A stretch of DNA of 64,000 nt from Myxococcales bacterium (GTDB lineage Bacteria; Myxococcota_A; Polyangia; Haliangiales; Haliangiaceae), in contig JADJGV010000002.1 in the NCBI GenBank assembly GCA_016707895.1, positions 463,695 to 527,694 on the forward strand, written 5' to 3'. The first letter of the stretch is position 1, and every line of letters begins with the position of its first letter. The translations under genes and the position numbers were made by a program. Below the pieces are notes generated by a model that saw nothing but the letters and a program-made list of their open reading frames with translations, was not told where the DNA came from and ran no database searches. This document shows positions 55,174-64,000 of the stretch, in pieces.

Positions 55174-56844
55174 TCACGGCAGGCGGCACAGGGCCGGGTA
55201 GCCGGCGTCGCAGCTGGTGTCGCGCCAGCCGCCGGCGGTGCCGGTGTCGAGCACGGCGCAGTTCTCCGACGTGCCGCCGGTGGGCTCGCGGCCGGTGAAG
55301 CCGAGGTACGGGGCCGGCGCGCCGCTGGCGTCGACCCAGGTGTCCTCGACGGCGGCGTCGGTGAGCCCGAGCCAGACGTCGGCCGAGCCGAGCTCGCGCC
55401 GTACCACCCGCGCCAGCACCGCCGCCGCCGCCGCGCTGGCCGGCACGATCAGCGCGCCGCCACCCGCCGCGCACGCCGCCGCGGCGCTGGCCTGATCGAT
55501 CGCCGCGGGGCACAGCCGCCAGGTGGCGCCGCCGTCGGCGGCGGTGGCGGTGATCGTCCGGCACTCGGGGCGGCAGGTCGCGTCGCAGCCGTCGCCATCG
55601 GCGGTGCCGCCGTCGTCGCACTGCTCGGTGGCGTGGACCACGCCGTCGCCGCAGCGCGGGGCCGCGGCCGCGCCGCGCAACAGCGCCGCGCGCCACGCCA
55701 GCTGCGCCTTCACCACCGGCGCCTCGCGGGTCAAGGTCGCGATGTCGCCGACGGTGAAGTCGTCGTCGACCGCCAGCCCGCGCACCAGCGCGACCACGCC
55801 GTCGACGTGGGCGGCCAGCGCCGCGTCGTCGAGCGCGCCGCCGGGCGCCGCCGCCGCGGCCAGCTGCTGATCGAGCGCGGCCGACAGCGCCGGGATCGCG
55901 CGGACGCGCGCGGCCAGCCGGGCCGCCGGCGGGTAGTCGGGCTCCAGCGCCGGGTTGCCGAGGATGACGTCCTGGCCGTGGGGCAGGAGCACGAAGCGAT
56001 CGGTGTCGGGCCGGTGGTACAGGTAGTAGTTGTTGCGGCCGAGCACGAAGCCGTCCTCGGCGGCCAGCGCCAGCTCGGCGGCGATGAAGCGCGTCGCCTG
56101 GTCGAGATCGATGAGCGCGCCGACCGTCGTCGCGAACTCGGTGTCGCTCGCGCCGACCACCGCCGCCGCCGCCGCCGCGAGATCGGCGCGGCTGCGCCCG
56201 GCCGGATCCTTGAGGTCCATGCCGTCGGGGTCGACCGCGAAGTCGGCCGACAGCGACTCGTAGAGGTTGCCGCCGCCGTTGGCCGCGCCGTAGCGCGCCC
56301 GCAGGAACTCCTTGTCGACCGGCTCGGCCGCGACGTACAGCCCGCGCGGCTCGCCGTTGAAGATCAGCCGCGCCATCGCGGTGCGGTGGGCCGGGACGCC
56401 GGCGCGGCGGAACACCTCGTACGCGACGTGCTCGTGCAGCAGGCTGGGATCCTGCAACGCGTTGTCGAGCGCCATCTTGTCGAACGGCCCGAGCGTCTGG
56501 CCGGCCACCAGCTCGTCGAACTTGATCGAGAACGCCGGCTTGCCCACCACCGCGTCGACCGAGCCGCCGCTGCCCTTCTTGCGGCACGCCGACCGCGCCA
56601 GCAGCGCGCCGTCCCAGCGCACGTCGCACGGCACCCGCGTGGTCTGATCGCCGTCGAACGACGCGAGATCGGCGGCGGCGATGTCGATCGCGACGACGTG
56701 CAGCACCGCCGGGTCGAGGGGATCCGCGGCGATCGCGCCGTCGGGGCCGGCGTCGATCGCGCCGCCGTCGGGGGTGCCGCCGCCGTCGCCGCCGCACGCC
56801 GCGACCGCTGCGAGCACACCGACCAGGGCGCACCGGGTCCGCAC
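55174..56844 (-). CDS. CotH-kinase-like domain lipoprotein with Cys-rich repeat and C-terminal C-type lectin domain
   Basis: Lipobox LAAVAACG; CotH-like core (...RNNYYLYHRPDTDRF...); CGDGVVHATEQCDDGGTADGDGCDATC repeat; CTLD (WLGLTD...W..SGAP...ENCAVL...W.DTSC...ALCRL). Confidence 0.75.
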   Translation of the reverse strand: MRTRCALVGVLAAVAACGGDGGGTPDGGAIDAGPDGAIAADPLDPAVLHVVAIDIAAADLASFDGDQTTRVPCDVRWDGALLARSACRKKGSGGSVDAVVGKPAFSIKFDELVAGQTLGPFDKMALDNALQDPSLLHEHVAYEVFRRAGVPAHRTAMARLIFNGEPRGLYVAAEPVDKEFLRARYGAANGGGNLYESLSADFAVDPDGMDLKDPAGRSRADLAAAAAAVVGASDTEFATTVGALIDLDQATRFIAAELALAAEDGFVLGRNNYYLYHRPDTDRFVLLPHGQDVILGNPALEPDYPPAARLAARVRAIPALSAALDQQLAAAAAPGGALDDAALAAHVDGVVALVRGLAVDDDFTVGDIATLTREAPVVKAQLAWRAALLRGAAAAPRCGDGVVHATEQCDDGGTADGDGCDATCRPECRTITATAADGGATWRLCPAAIDQASAAAACAAGGGALIVPASAAAAAVLARVVRRELGSADVWLGLTDAAVEDTWVDASGAPAPYLGFTGREPTGGTSENCAVLDTGTAGGWRDTSCDAGYPALCRLP

Positions 56845-56939
56845 GCCCGCAGTCTACCGCGCGCTGGCGCGACGCTTGCTGTCCAGGCTGGGACACGCTG
56901 CCGCGCCGGTGCGCGGCGGCCACCCGAAAGGAACCGACC

Positions 56940-57077
56940 ATGCTCGTCCGCCTCGTCTTCGCTACCGTCGCTGCTGCACTTCTCGCGGGTTGCGTCGTCC
57001 GCGCGCGGCCCGCCCGGCGCGCCGTGTACCACTGCCACGCAGGTATCCCCAAGGTCTGCCACGTGGCCGCGCACTGA
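56940..57077 (+). CDS. Small SD-led Cys/His-rich lipopeptide candidate (45 aa)
   Basis: acccGAAAGGAAccgaccATG gives AAGGA SD 7 nt upstream. MLVRLVFATVAAALLAGCVVRARPARRAVYHCHAGIPKVCHVAAH with lipobox LLAGC and YHCH...CH motif. Confidence 0.4.
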   Translation: MLVRLVFATVAAALLAGCVVRARPARRAVYHCHAGIPKVCHVAAH

Positions 57078-57156
57078 CGCCGAGACCTCGAGGGCCCGGG
57101 GCGTCAGGCTCGATCGGGACCCGCGGGTCCCTCCGACGGTCGGGCATACTCGCGGC

Positions 57157-57795
57157 ATGGCCCACCGCCTCACCGCCGCCACCATCGACGACGAGGCCGC
57201 GCTGCGCGCGCTCCTGGGCGAGCCGTCGCCGCTGGTGTGCGCCAAGCTCGCCGACCGGCTGGTCGCCGAGACCCGGCCGTTCATCGAGCGCGCGCCGTTC
57301 GTGCTGCTCGCCACCAGCGATCGCGCCGGCCGCTGCGACGTCAGCCCGCGCGGCGATCCGCCGGGCTTCGTGCGCATCCTCGACGATCGCACGCTGCTCG
57401 TGCCCGAGCGGCCGGGCAACCGCCTGGCCGACTCGCTGCGCAACATCGTCGCCAACCCCCACGTCGGCCTCTTGTTCGTGGTGCCCGGCGTCGGCGACAC
57501 CTTCCGCGTCAACGGCCGCGCGACGCTGACCACCGACCGCGACCTGCTCGCGCCGAGCGCGGTCGAGGGCAAGCCGCCCGCCCTCGGCATCCTGGTCGAC
57601 GTCGAGGAGGCCTACACCCAGTGCAGCAAGGCGTTCCTGCGCTCGCAGCTGTGGGATCCGGCGCGCTTCGTCGACCGCGCGGCGCTGCCGTCGAGCGGCG
57701 CGATCCTGCGCGCGCTGCAGGGCGACGGCTTCGACGCCGACGGCTACGACGCGGCCCGCGCCGAGCGCTACGCCCGCCGCGACGGCTTCTACTGA
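57157..57795 (+). CDS. PPOX-class (pyridoxamine 5'-phosphate oxidase-like) FMN-binding flavoprotein
   Basis: Internal start of ORF 55633..57795: MAHRLTAATIDDEAALRALL...CDVSPRGDPPGFVRILDDRTLLVPERPGNRLADSLRNIVANPHVGLLFVVPG... Confidence 0.7.
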   Translation: MAHRLTAATIDDEAALRALLGEPSPLVCAKLADRLVAETRPFIERAPFVLLATSDRAGRCDVSPRGDPPGFVRILDDRTLLVPERPGNRLADSLRNIVANPHVGLLFVVPGVGDTFRVNGRATLTTDRDLLAPSAVEGKPPALGILVDVEEAYTQCSKAFLRSQLWDPARFVDRAALPSSGAILRALQGDGFDADGYDAARAERYARRDGFY

Positions 57796-57802
57796 AGCCC
57801 GG

Positions 57803-58411
57803 CTACGCGCGCTTGATCAGGCCCTCGGCCGCCATCGCCGCCTGCACCGCCGGGCGCGCCGCGACCCGGGCCTGGAACGCCAGCAGGTTGGGGAAGTCGG
57901 CGAGGTCGAGCTTCACCAGCCGGGCCCAGTTGGTGACCGTGAACAGGTACGCGTCGGCCACCGTGAACTGATCGCCGAACAGGTAGGCCTTGCCGGCCAG
58001 CGTCTGCTCGATGAACCCGTAGCGCTTGCGCAGGTACTCGATCCGCTCCTCGCGGGTCTCGGCCGGGGTCTTGGGGGTGAACAGCGGGCTGTACGACTTG
58101 TGCAGCTCGGAGTTGATGTAGCCGAGCATCTCCTGCAGGCGGTAGCGCGCCAGCGTGCCGTTCGGCGGCGCCAGCCCGGCCTCGGGCTTCTGATCGGCCA
58201 GGTACTGCACGATCGCGGTGCCCTCGGTCAGCACCTCGCCGTCGTCGAGCTCGAGCACCGGCACGTAGCCCTTGGGGTTGATCTGCCAGAAGTCGCGGTC
58301 GTCCGAGGTGCGCTTGTTGCTGATCTTGTCGATCGTCAGCGGCAGGCCCAGCTCGTGGGCGACGATGTGCGGGGACAGCGAGCAGGCGCCGGGCGAGAAG
58401 TAGAGCTTCAT
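57803..58411 (-). CDS. Glutathione S-transferase
   Basis: M4 (MKLYFSPGACSLSPHIVAHELGLPL...), thioredoxin-like N-domain and GST C-domain. Confidence 0.85.
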   Translation of the reverse strand: MKLYFSPGACSLSPHIVAHELGLPLTIDKISNKRTSDDRDFWQINPKGYVPVLELDDGEVLTEGTAIVQYLADQKPEAGLAPPNGTLARYRLQEMLGYINSELHKSYSPLFTPKTPAETREERIEYLRKRYGFIEQTLAGKAYLFGDQFTVADAYLFTVTNWARLVKLDLADFPNLLAFQARVAARPAVQAAMAAEGLIKRA

Positions 58412-58462
58412 GGCCGGCAACCTAGCGCGTCGGCCGCGGTTGGACAGCGCTGGCGGCGCGTC

Positions 58463-58960
58463 TCAGCGGGCCGGCGCGCCGTCGCCGACGACGACGTACG
58501 CGCAGGGGCCAGCGTCGTCGGGCGCGCCGGTCGGGCCCCAGAACATCACCGCCCCGCCGGTCTCGATCAGCTGGTAGGTCAACGTCGCGCCGGGCTCGGC
58601 CCGCGGCACGCCGGTGACCAGGAGGCGCAGCTTGGTCGGGTCCTCCCAGCGGACCTCGGTGCGCCCGCCGTCGGGTAGCGCCAGCGCCGTCGTGGCGCCC
58701 GCGGCCAGTGGCAGCGAGACCTCGGTGGCCGCGCGGACCGCTGGGCACGCGGCGAACACGTCATCTAGCGGCGCGAACCGCGGCAACCCTGGTGGCCGCG
58801 TCGGCTCGCCAGCGAAGCCGGCGAAGATCGTGAGCGTGATGCCCGGCTCGCTGGCCGCGGGTGCGGCGGGCGTCGGCGCCGCCGGCGGGCGTGTGGACGT
58901 GCAGCCGGGGGCCAGCAGCGCGGCGAGCGCGAGCGGGGCCAGCCAACGGGTCGGTGCCAT
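58463..58960 (-). CDS. Hypothetical lipoprotein
   Basis: M6: MAPTRWLAPLALAALLAPGC. Confidence 0.5.
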   Translation of the reverse strand: MAPTRWLAPLALAALLAPGCTSTRPPAAPTPAAPAASEPGITLTIFAGFAGEPTRPPGLPRFAPLDDVFAACPAVRAATEVSLPLAAGATTALALPDGGRTEVRWEDPTKLRLLVTGVPRAEPGATLTYQLIETGGAVMFWGPTGAPDDAGPCAYVVVGDGAPAR

Positions 58961-59050
58961 GGGAGTCGAGGTCACGGGCGTGCTCCGGAACGCGGATCGG
59001 GCGTCGATGCCCGTCGGCGCAGCCCGACGCCCGGGACGCCACGCCTATTC

Positions 59051-60283
59051 CTACGCGACGACGATCTTGACCCGCTGCGGGCGCCGCTTGGCGTACTCGG
59101 CGTTGACCAGCTCGCGCTTGGGCACCGGCGGCGGGCGGCGGCGCCCGACGTTCAAGATCAGGCCGGCCAGGAACATCGTCAGGATCAGCGAGGTGCCGCC
59201 GTAGCTGACCAGCGGCAGGGTGATGCCCTTGTTGGGCACCACGCCGAACACCACGCCGGCGTTGAGCAGGGCCTGCAGGCCGAACATCGCGGTGATGCCG
59301 AACGCCAGGTAGCCGCCGAAGGTGTCGCGGGCGCCGAGCGCCGCCCGCATGCCGCGCCAAACCAGCAGCACGAACAGCCCCAGCACCAGCGCCACGCCGA
59401 TGAAGCCGAGCTCCTCGCCGATCGGCGCCAGGATGAAGTCGTTGTGGCCCTCGGGCATGTAGCCCAGCGACTGCCGCGAGTTGCCCAGGCCCAGGCCGGT
59501 GAGGCCGCCCGAGCCGAGCGACACGTGGGCCTGCACCATCTGGTAGGCCTCCCGATCGCTGAACGCCTCGGGGTTGAAGTACGCCATGAACCGGCGCATG
59601 CGCCACGGCGTGCCGACGATCAGCTGGTACGCCACCGGCATGGCCGCCAGGATCGCGAGCACGATGTAGGACACCCGCGCCCCGGCCATGAACAGCATCA
59701 TCAGCGTCGTGGTGCCGAGGATGATCGACGAGCCCAGGTCGGGCTGCAGCAGCAAGAGGCCCATCATCAGCGCGCACACCACCAGGTGCGGCACGAAGCC
59801 GATGGTGAAGGTCTTCACCTTGTCGGCCTTCTTCTGCAGGCTGTGCGCGAGGTAGACGATCAGCGCCAGCTTGGCCAGCTCGACCGGCTGGAACGACAGC
59901 GGCCCGATCAACAGCCAGCGGCGCGCGCCGTTGAGCGACGGCATCGCCAGGGTGGCGCCCAGCGCGAGCAGGCTGCACGCCAGGAGCGAGTACGCACGGT
60001 TGCGCAGCCGGCGGTAGTCGATGTGGGCCGCGGCGAACATCGCGAACGCGCCCAGCGCCAGGAACACGATCTGGCGCTTCAAGAAGAACGCCGGGTCGCC
60101 CTTGGTCGCCATCGCCTCGGCCGCGGTCGCGGCGTAGATCTCGACGGTCCCGATGCCCAGGAGCCCGAGGATCGTGCCGATCAGCACGACGTCGTAGGGG
60201 CGCTCGCTGACGTCCTCGACGGCCGCCTGCGCGGCGAGCGGCGGCGGCGCGGGAGCGTCGGCGGTGAGCGAGCTGGGCAGCAC
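59051..60283 (-). CDS. ftsW: SEDS-family peptidoglycan glycosyltransferase FtsW (or RodA)
   Basis: About 410 aa from an inferred GTG start (SD GAGAGG), 10 TM, SEDS motifs (...NPEAFSDREAYQMVQAHVSLGSGGLTG..., ...GITLPLVSYGGTSL...). Lies 8 kb from murG. Confidence 0.8.
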   Translation of the reverse strand: MLPSSLTADAPAPPPLAAQAAVEDVSERPYDVVLIGTILGLLGIGTVEIYAATAAEAMATKGDPAFFLKRQIVFLALGAFAMFAAAHIDYRRLRNRAYSLLACSLLALGATLAMPSLNGARRWLLIGPLSFQPVELAKLALIVYLAHSLQKKADKVKTFTIGFVPHLVVCALMMGLLLLQPDLGSSIILGTTTLMMLFMAGARVSYIVLAILAAMPVAYQLIVGTPWRMRRFMAYFNPEAFSDREAYQMVQAHVSLGSGGLTGLGLGNSRQSLGYMPEGHNDFILAPIGEELGFIGVALVLGLFVLLVWRGMRAALGARDTFGGYLAFGITAMFGLQALLNAGVVFGVVPNKGITLPLVSYGGTSLILTMFLAGLILNVGRRRPPPVPKRELVNAEYAKRRPQRVKIVVA

Positions 60284-60410
60284 GGACCTCTCGCCATCCT
60301 GCCGACTCGGGGCCGCCGGGCAACTTTTCGGTGCCCGGCCGCCACGATCCTCGCAGCGATTGCGCCCCGAACCGGAAAAAATAGGAGCGCGCCGCAACCG
60401 ATGCGTGGGG

Positions 60411-60434
60411 GCGACTTGACGATCGTCAAGTCGC
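60411..60434. promoter_or_regulatory. Perfect 24-bp palindrome GCGACTTGACGATCGTCAAGTCGC in the divergent ftsW / histidine-kinase intergenic region
   Basis: Exact reverse-complement symmetry; candidate dimeric-regulator operator (or bidirectional hairpin). Confidence 0.5.
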
Positions 60435-60546
60435 TCACCCGCGGCTCGTGGTCTCGTCCGGGCCTTGCGCGATCGGACTCTCTCGAACTCACCCCGGCGG
60501 GGTGAGCGCCCCGCCCTGGCATAGGCCGTGCTCACGGGATCGCAGC

Positions 60547-61611
60547 ATGGGAGCTGCCGTGGGGCCGGTCGAGCAAGGCGCTGTCGACGAGTCGACGGTG
60601 CTGGAGTCGCTCCCGACGGCGATGCTGGTCATCGACGCGGACGGCGTGATCGTGCGCGCCAACCGCCGGGCCCGCGAGATCCTCGACCGCCCCACCCTGG
60701 TCGGCACTCCGGCCGGCGAGATCCTCGGGCCGTGGCCGATGCCGCGGACCAACGACGTCGCGCGCTCCGAGCGCACGCTGCCCCGGCGCGATGGCACCGC
60801 GATCACGCTCGGGTTCTCGATGTCGTCGTTGCCCGACGGCGCGACGACGATCGTGTTCCAGGACATCACGCCGTGGCAGCGGCTGCGCGAGGAGCGCGAC
60901 CGCCTGATGCAGCTGGCGATGGTCGGCGAGGCGCTGCCCTCGATCCTCCACGAGCTCAAGAACCCGCTGGCCGCCCTCAACGCGGCGGTGGAGATCCTGA
61001 TCGAGGAGACCGCGCCGGGGCCGGTCCAGGACCAGCTCCACGCCGTGTTGCAGGAGGCGCGCCGGCTGCGCCTGGGCTTCGACGGCGTCGGGGCGGTCGG
61101 GCGGGCGCTGCGCTCGCGGCGCCACCAGGCGGTCGATCAGGCCTGCCGCGACTCGTTCCGGGTGCTGGAGATCCCGGCGCGGGCGGCCGGCATCAACACC
61201 CGCTGCGACGTGGTCGACCTGCCGCTGTTGCCGCTCGATCCGGCGGTGGTGCGGGCGATCGTCTTCAACCTCGTCACCAACGCGATCCACGCCTGCAGCC
61301 CGGGCGACGCGATCAACCTGCACGTCCGGCTGGTCGCCAACGGCCTGGCCCTGGCGCTCACCGTCGCCGACACCGGCACCGGCATGACCCACGACGTCTA
61401 CACCCGCTGCACGGAGCTGTTCTTCACCACCAAGCGCAACGGCTCGGGCATCGGCCTGGCGCTGGTGCGACAGGCGGTGACCGAGGCCGGCGGCGAGCTC
61501 GAGATCGAGTCGGTGCCGGGGTTCGGCACCTGCATCACCGCGCTGGTCCCGGTGATCGCCGCGCCGCGCGTCTCTACCCCCGAGGAGGGAACTCATGTCT
61601 CGCGTCGATGA
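60547..61611 (+). CDS. Cytoplasmic PAS-domain sensor histidine kinase
   Basis: M34 of ORF 60448..61611. PAS-like N-terminus, H-box HELKNPLAAL, N/G boxes (NLVTNAIHA, DTGTGM, GSGIGL). Confidence 0.85.
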   Translation: MGAAVGPVEQGAVDESTVLESLPTAMLVIDADGVIVRANRRAREILDRPTLVGTPAGEILGPWPMPRTNDVARSERTLPRRDGTAITLGFSMSSLPDGATTIVFQDITPWQRLREERDRLMQLAMVGEALPSILHELKNPLAALNAAVEILIEETAPGPVQDQLHAVLQEARRLRLGFDGVGAVGRALRSRRHQAVDQACRDSFRVLEIPARAAGINTRCDVVDLPLLPLDPAVVRAIVFNLVTNAIHACSPGDAINLHVRLVANGLALALTVADTGTGMTHDVYTRCTELFFTTKRNGSGIGLALVRQAVTEAGGELEIESVPGFGTCITALVPVIAAPRVSTPEEGTHVSRR

Positions 61612-61960
61612 CCTGAACCGTATCCTCCGGACGCTGCAGTCCGGCACGCCCGACATCGAGGCCAGCGCGCTGGTCTCCGAGGACGGCCTCATGATCGCCA
61701 GCGCGCTGCCGCAGCACGTGCAGGAGGTGCGGATCGCCGGCATGAGCTCGACGCTGTTGTCGCTCGGCATGCGCGCCGCCACCGAGCTGGGCCGCGGCAA
61801 CCTCGAGCAGGTGCTGATCCGCGGCACCAACGGCTACGTCGTGATGGTCAAGGCCAAGTCCGGGACCATGCTGCTCACCCTCACCACCAAGGAGGCCAAG
61901 CTGGGCCTCATCTTCCTCGACATGTCCCGGGCGGTCGAGGACATCGACCGGATCCTCTGA
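61595..61960 (+). CDS. Roadblock/LC7-domain protein (MglB paralog)
   Basis: 121 aa; ...IEASALVSEDGLMIASALPQ... typical Roadblock/LC7 alpha-beta-beta-alpha-beta-beta core. Overlaps the HK stop by 17 nt. Confidence 0.75.
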   Translation: MSRVDDLNRILRTLQSGTPDIEASALVSEDGLMIASALPQHVQEVRIAGMSSTLLSLGMRAATELGRGNLEQVLIRGTNGYVVMVKAKSGTMLLTLTTKEAKLGLIFLDMSRAVEDIDRIL

Positions 61961-61971
61961 AGGAGCACGTC

Positions 61972-62733
61972 ATGGCCTCGATCAACCTGTTCGACACCGG
62001 CAACCACAAGAACGTGCTGCTGGAGGACTTCTCGGGTGGCCTCGCGGTGCAGGCCAACCAGCACCTGATCATCCACGGCGCCAACGCGATGCTGCTCGAT
62101 CCAGGCGGCCACAAGGTCTACAACCGCGTGCTGTCGGAGACGCTCAGCTTGCTCGGCCCGCACGCCAAGCTGCGCTACCTGTTCCTGTCGCACCAGGACC
62201 CGGACATCGTCGCCGCCGTCAACGGCTGGCTGATGACCACCGACGCCGAGGCCTACGCGTCGAAGCTGTGGATCCGCTTCATCCCGCACTTCGGGCTCGA
62301 TCGCCTGGTCGAGGAGCGGCTGCGGCCGATCCCCGATCAGGGCATGGACCTCGATCTCGGCGGCTGCCTGCTGAAGATCCTGCCGGCCCACTTCCTCCAC
62401 TCGCCGGGCAACTTCCAGGTCTACGACCCGGTGGCCAAGATCCTGTACTCGGGCGACCTCGGCGCATCGCTGGGCACCGAGGGTCGGATCGTCGAGGACT
62501 TCGACGCCCACGTCCCCTTCATGGAGGGCTTCCACCGCCGGTACATGGCGTCCAACCGGGCGATGCGCGCCTGGGGCGCGATGGTGCGGCGCCTCGACAT
62601 CGAGACCATCGCGCCGCAGCACGGCGCGATGTTCCAGGGCCGCGCGATGTGCGAGCGCTTCATCGCCTGGTGCGAGGCGCTGCCGTGCGGCGTCGACCTG
62701 ATCGACGACCTGTATCCACAGGCCGCCGGGTGA
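61972..62733 (+). CDS. MBL-fold metallo-hydrolase (ODP/flavodiiron-type beta-lactamase-like domain)
   Basis: 253 aa with SHQDPD (HxHxDH-like) motif and additional His/Asp ligands. Confidence 0.65.
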   Translation: MASINLFDTGNHKNVLLEDFSGGLAVQANQHLIIHGANAMLLDPGGHKVYNRVLSETLSLLGPHAKLRYLFLSHQDPDIVAAVNGWLMTTDAEAYASKLWIRFIPHFGLDRLVEERLRPIPDQGMDLDLGGCLLKILPAHFLHSPGNFQVYDPVAKILYSGDLGASLGTEGRIVEDFDAHVPFMEGFHRRYMASNRAMRAWGAMVRRLDIETIAPQHGAMFQGRAMCERFIAWCEALPCGVDLIDDLYPQAAG

Positions 62734-62740
62734 GCCGGCC

Positions 62741-63805
62741 ATGCCCCGCGTGCTGATCCTCGAAGACGAGACCGTGCTGCGCGCGTCGATGGCCCGCGGC
62801 CTGGCGAAGCTCCCGGCCGAGGTCGACGAGGCCGGCACGCTGGCCGAGGCGATCGCCGCGCTCGATCGCGCGCTGCCCGACGTGATCGTCTCCGATCTCG
62901 ACCTGCCGGACGGCTCGGGCATCGAGCTGATCGGCGAGCTGGGGCGGCGCAAGGCGCGGGTGCCGGTGGTGTTCGTGTCGGCGTACCTGCGGGCGTTCCG
63001 CGCGCAGATCCCGCCCCACGCCGACGTCGAGGTGCGCGAGAAGCCGATCGCCCTCGAGGAGCTGCGCGCGCTGGTGCGCGAGCGGATCGGCGGCCGCGAC
63101 GAGGCGGTGGCGCCGTTCGCGGTGGTCGACTACCTGCAGCTCGCGTGCCTCGGCAAGCACTCGGTGGCGATCGACGTCGCCAGCCGCGATCGTCGCCGCG
63201 GGCGCATCGAGGTCGTGCGCGGCGACATCTGGCACGCGGTCGACGATCACGGCGCCGGCCCGCCCGCGTTCAAGCGGCTGGCGTTCGGCACCGCCGCCGA
63301 GGTCACCTGCCGCACGCTGCACGGGTCGCCAGGCCCGCGCACCATCGAGGGCCGGTGGGAGGCGTTGTTGATGGACTCGGCCCGCGAGCACGACGAGGAG
63401 AGCTACAGCGGGGCGGCGCAGGACGCCGAGCTCGACCTCGCCATCCACGAGTTCGAGGACGAGCAGATCGCGTGGCCACCGGCCGGCGGCCTGGTGGCCG
63501 CCGAGGCCGCGCTGGCCCCCCGCCCCGCGCCGCCGCCGACGGCGCCGCCCGCGCCGACGCCGCTGGCCACCGGCAGCGAGGCCTCGGTGGCGCGGGTCGT
63601 CGCCGACGAGTTCACCGTGACCCGCGACCGCGCGGTCGACGCGCTGCTGGTGCGCGACTACGCCACCGCCGCGCAGCTGTTCGCGGTCGCCCACGCGCTG
63701 CGCCCCGAGGACGGCGCGGTCGCAGCCAACCTGGAACGCCTGGCCGCCCTCGGGTTCGCCAGCGCACCCGAGCAACCGGAGCAACCGGAGGACCACGATG
63801 CCTAG
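62741..63805 (+). CDS. Response regulator: receiver (REC) domain fused to PATAN/DUF4388 domain and acidic Pro-rich tail
   Basis: REC ([10 protein letters not shown]...[14 protein letters not shown]...); PATAN-like segment ([44 protein letters not shown]). Confidence 0.75.
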   Translation: MPRVLILEDETVLRASMARGLAKLPAEVDEAGTLAEAIAALDRALPDVIVSDLDLPDGSGIELIGELGRRKARVPVVFVSAYLRAFRAQIPPHADVEVREKPIALEELRALVRERIGGRDEAVAPFAVVDYLQLACLGKHSVAIDVASRDRRRGRIEVVRGDIWHAVDDHGAGPPAFKRLAFGTAAEVTCRTLHGSPGPRTIEGRWEALLMDSAREHDEESYSGAAQDAELDLAIHEFEDEQIAWPPAGGLVAAEAALAPRPAPPPTAPPAPTPLATGSEASVARVVADEFTVTRDRAVDALLVRDYATAAQLFAVAHALRPEDGAVAANLERLAALGFASAPEQPEQPEDHDA

Positions 63806-63999
63806 ACGGATCGCGATCGTCAGTCAAAAGGGCGGGGTCGGGAAGACCACCGTCTGCCTCAACCTCGCGCTCGCCCTGGCCGAGCGCGGCCGACGCACGC
63901 TGCTGGTCGACCTCGACCCGCAGGGCGGCGTCGGTCACTCGCTGGCCAAGGGCGACGGCGAGCTGATCGGCCTGGCCGACGTGCTGGCGGGCCAGGCCA
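63798..63999 (+). CDS. ParA/MinD-family ATPase (5' partial, runs off window)
   Basis: [31 protein letters not shown] deviant Walker A; overlaps the RR stop. Confidence 0.75.
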   Translation, partial: MPRRIAIVSQKGGVGKTTVCLNLALALAERGRRTLLVDLDPQGGVGHSLAKGDGELIGLADVLAGQA

Positions 64000-64000
64000 G

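Noticed and set aside
58761-60323. 520-aa ORF overlapping ftsW
   Set aside because: Alternate frame of the SEDS gene; Arg/Gly-rich; the ftsW frame (59051..60535) carries the conserved motifs.

Overview
High-GC (~70%) chromosomal window that looks myxobacterial. The first two genes are near-identical to Myxococcus xanthus mglB and mglA. All protein identifications are recalled from memory of family signatures read in the ORF-track translations; no database search was run. Internal start coordinates were derived by codon arithmetic from the ORF-track ends, and two direct read-offs disagreed by 1 nt, so allow ±1-3 nt.

By region:
- 0-5.5 kb: mglB, mglA, a translationally coupled third gene (membrane protein with an AAREA coiled-coil repeat and a barrel-sandwich domain), a TraR/DksA zinc-finger gene, and small Cys-rich lipoproteins.
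- 5.4-10.2 kb: Opp/Dpp-like substrate-binding protein and two permeases with no ATPase genes and an embedded small outer-membrane-protein-like gene.
- 10.2-14.5 kb: operon zinc-ribbon / EamA / UbiB-ABC1 kinase / three tandem pilin-like membrane proteins with PPGY-rich N-terminal tails.
- 14.5-18.3 kb: S9 peptidase, ttcA, and a REP/RAYT element between them bounded by nested inverted repeats.
- 18.4-28.3 kb: GH13 amylase lipoprotein, sigma-54 activator, YegP-repeat lipoprotein with a candidate -24/-12 promoter, and a 1099-aa lipoprotein adhesin.
- 28.3-38.2 kb: AraC, SMP-30 lipoprotein, and six frameshifted or disrupted genes, which are an STN fragment with a G16 tract, a rhomboid, GGDEF, EAL, PAE esterase, and the OYE domain of a salicylyl/2-aminobenzoyl-CoA hydroxylase-like gene read in-frame with kynA.
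- 39.3-60.3 kb: a dcw-cluster remnant ftsW...murG...murC-murB-ddl split by insertions carrying an STK with beta-propeller, lipoproteins, GNAT, a degraded ParE/RelE-antitoxin module, a nucleotidyltransferase pair, a CotH/C-type-lectin lipoprotein, GST, a PPOX flavoprotein and a small SD-led Cys/His peptide.
- 60.4-64.0 kb: perfect 24-bp palindrome, then PAS histidine kinase, second Roadblock/LC7 (MglB-like), MBL-fold protein, REC-PATAN response regulator and a partial ParA-like ATPase, which reads as a conservon-like signalling module.

No rRNA, tRNA or CRISPR was recognised by eye.
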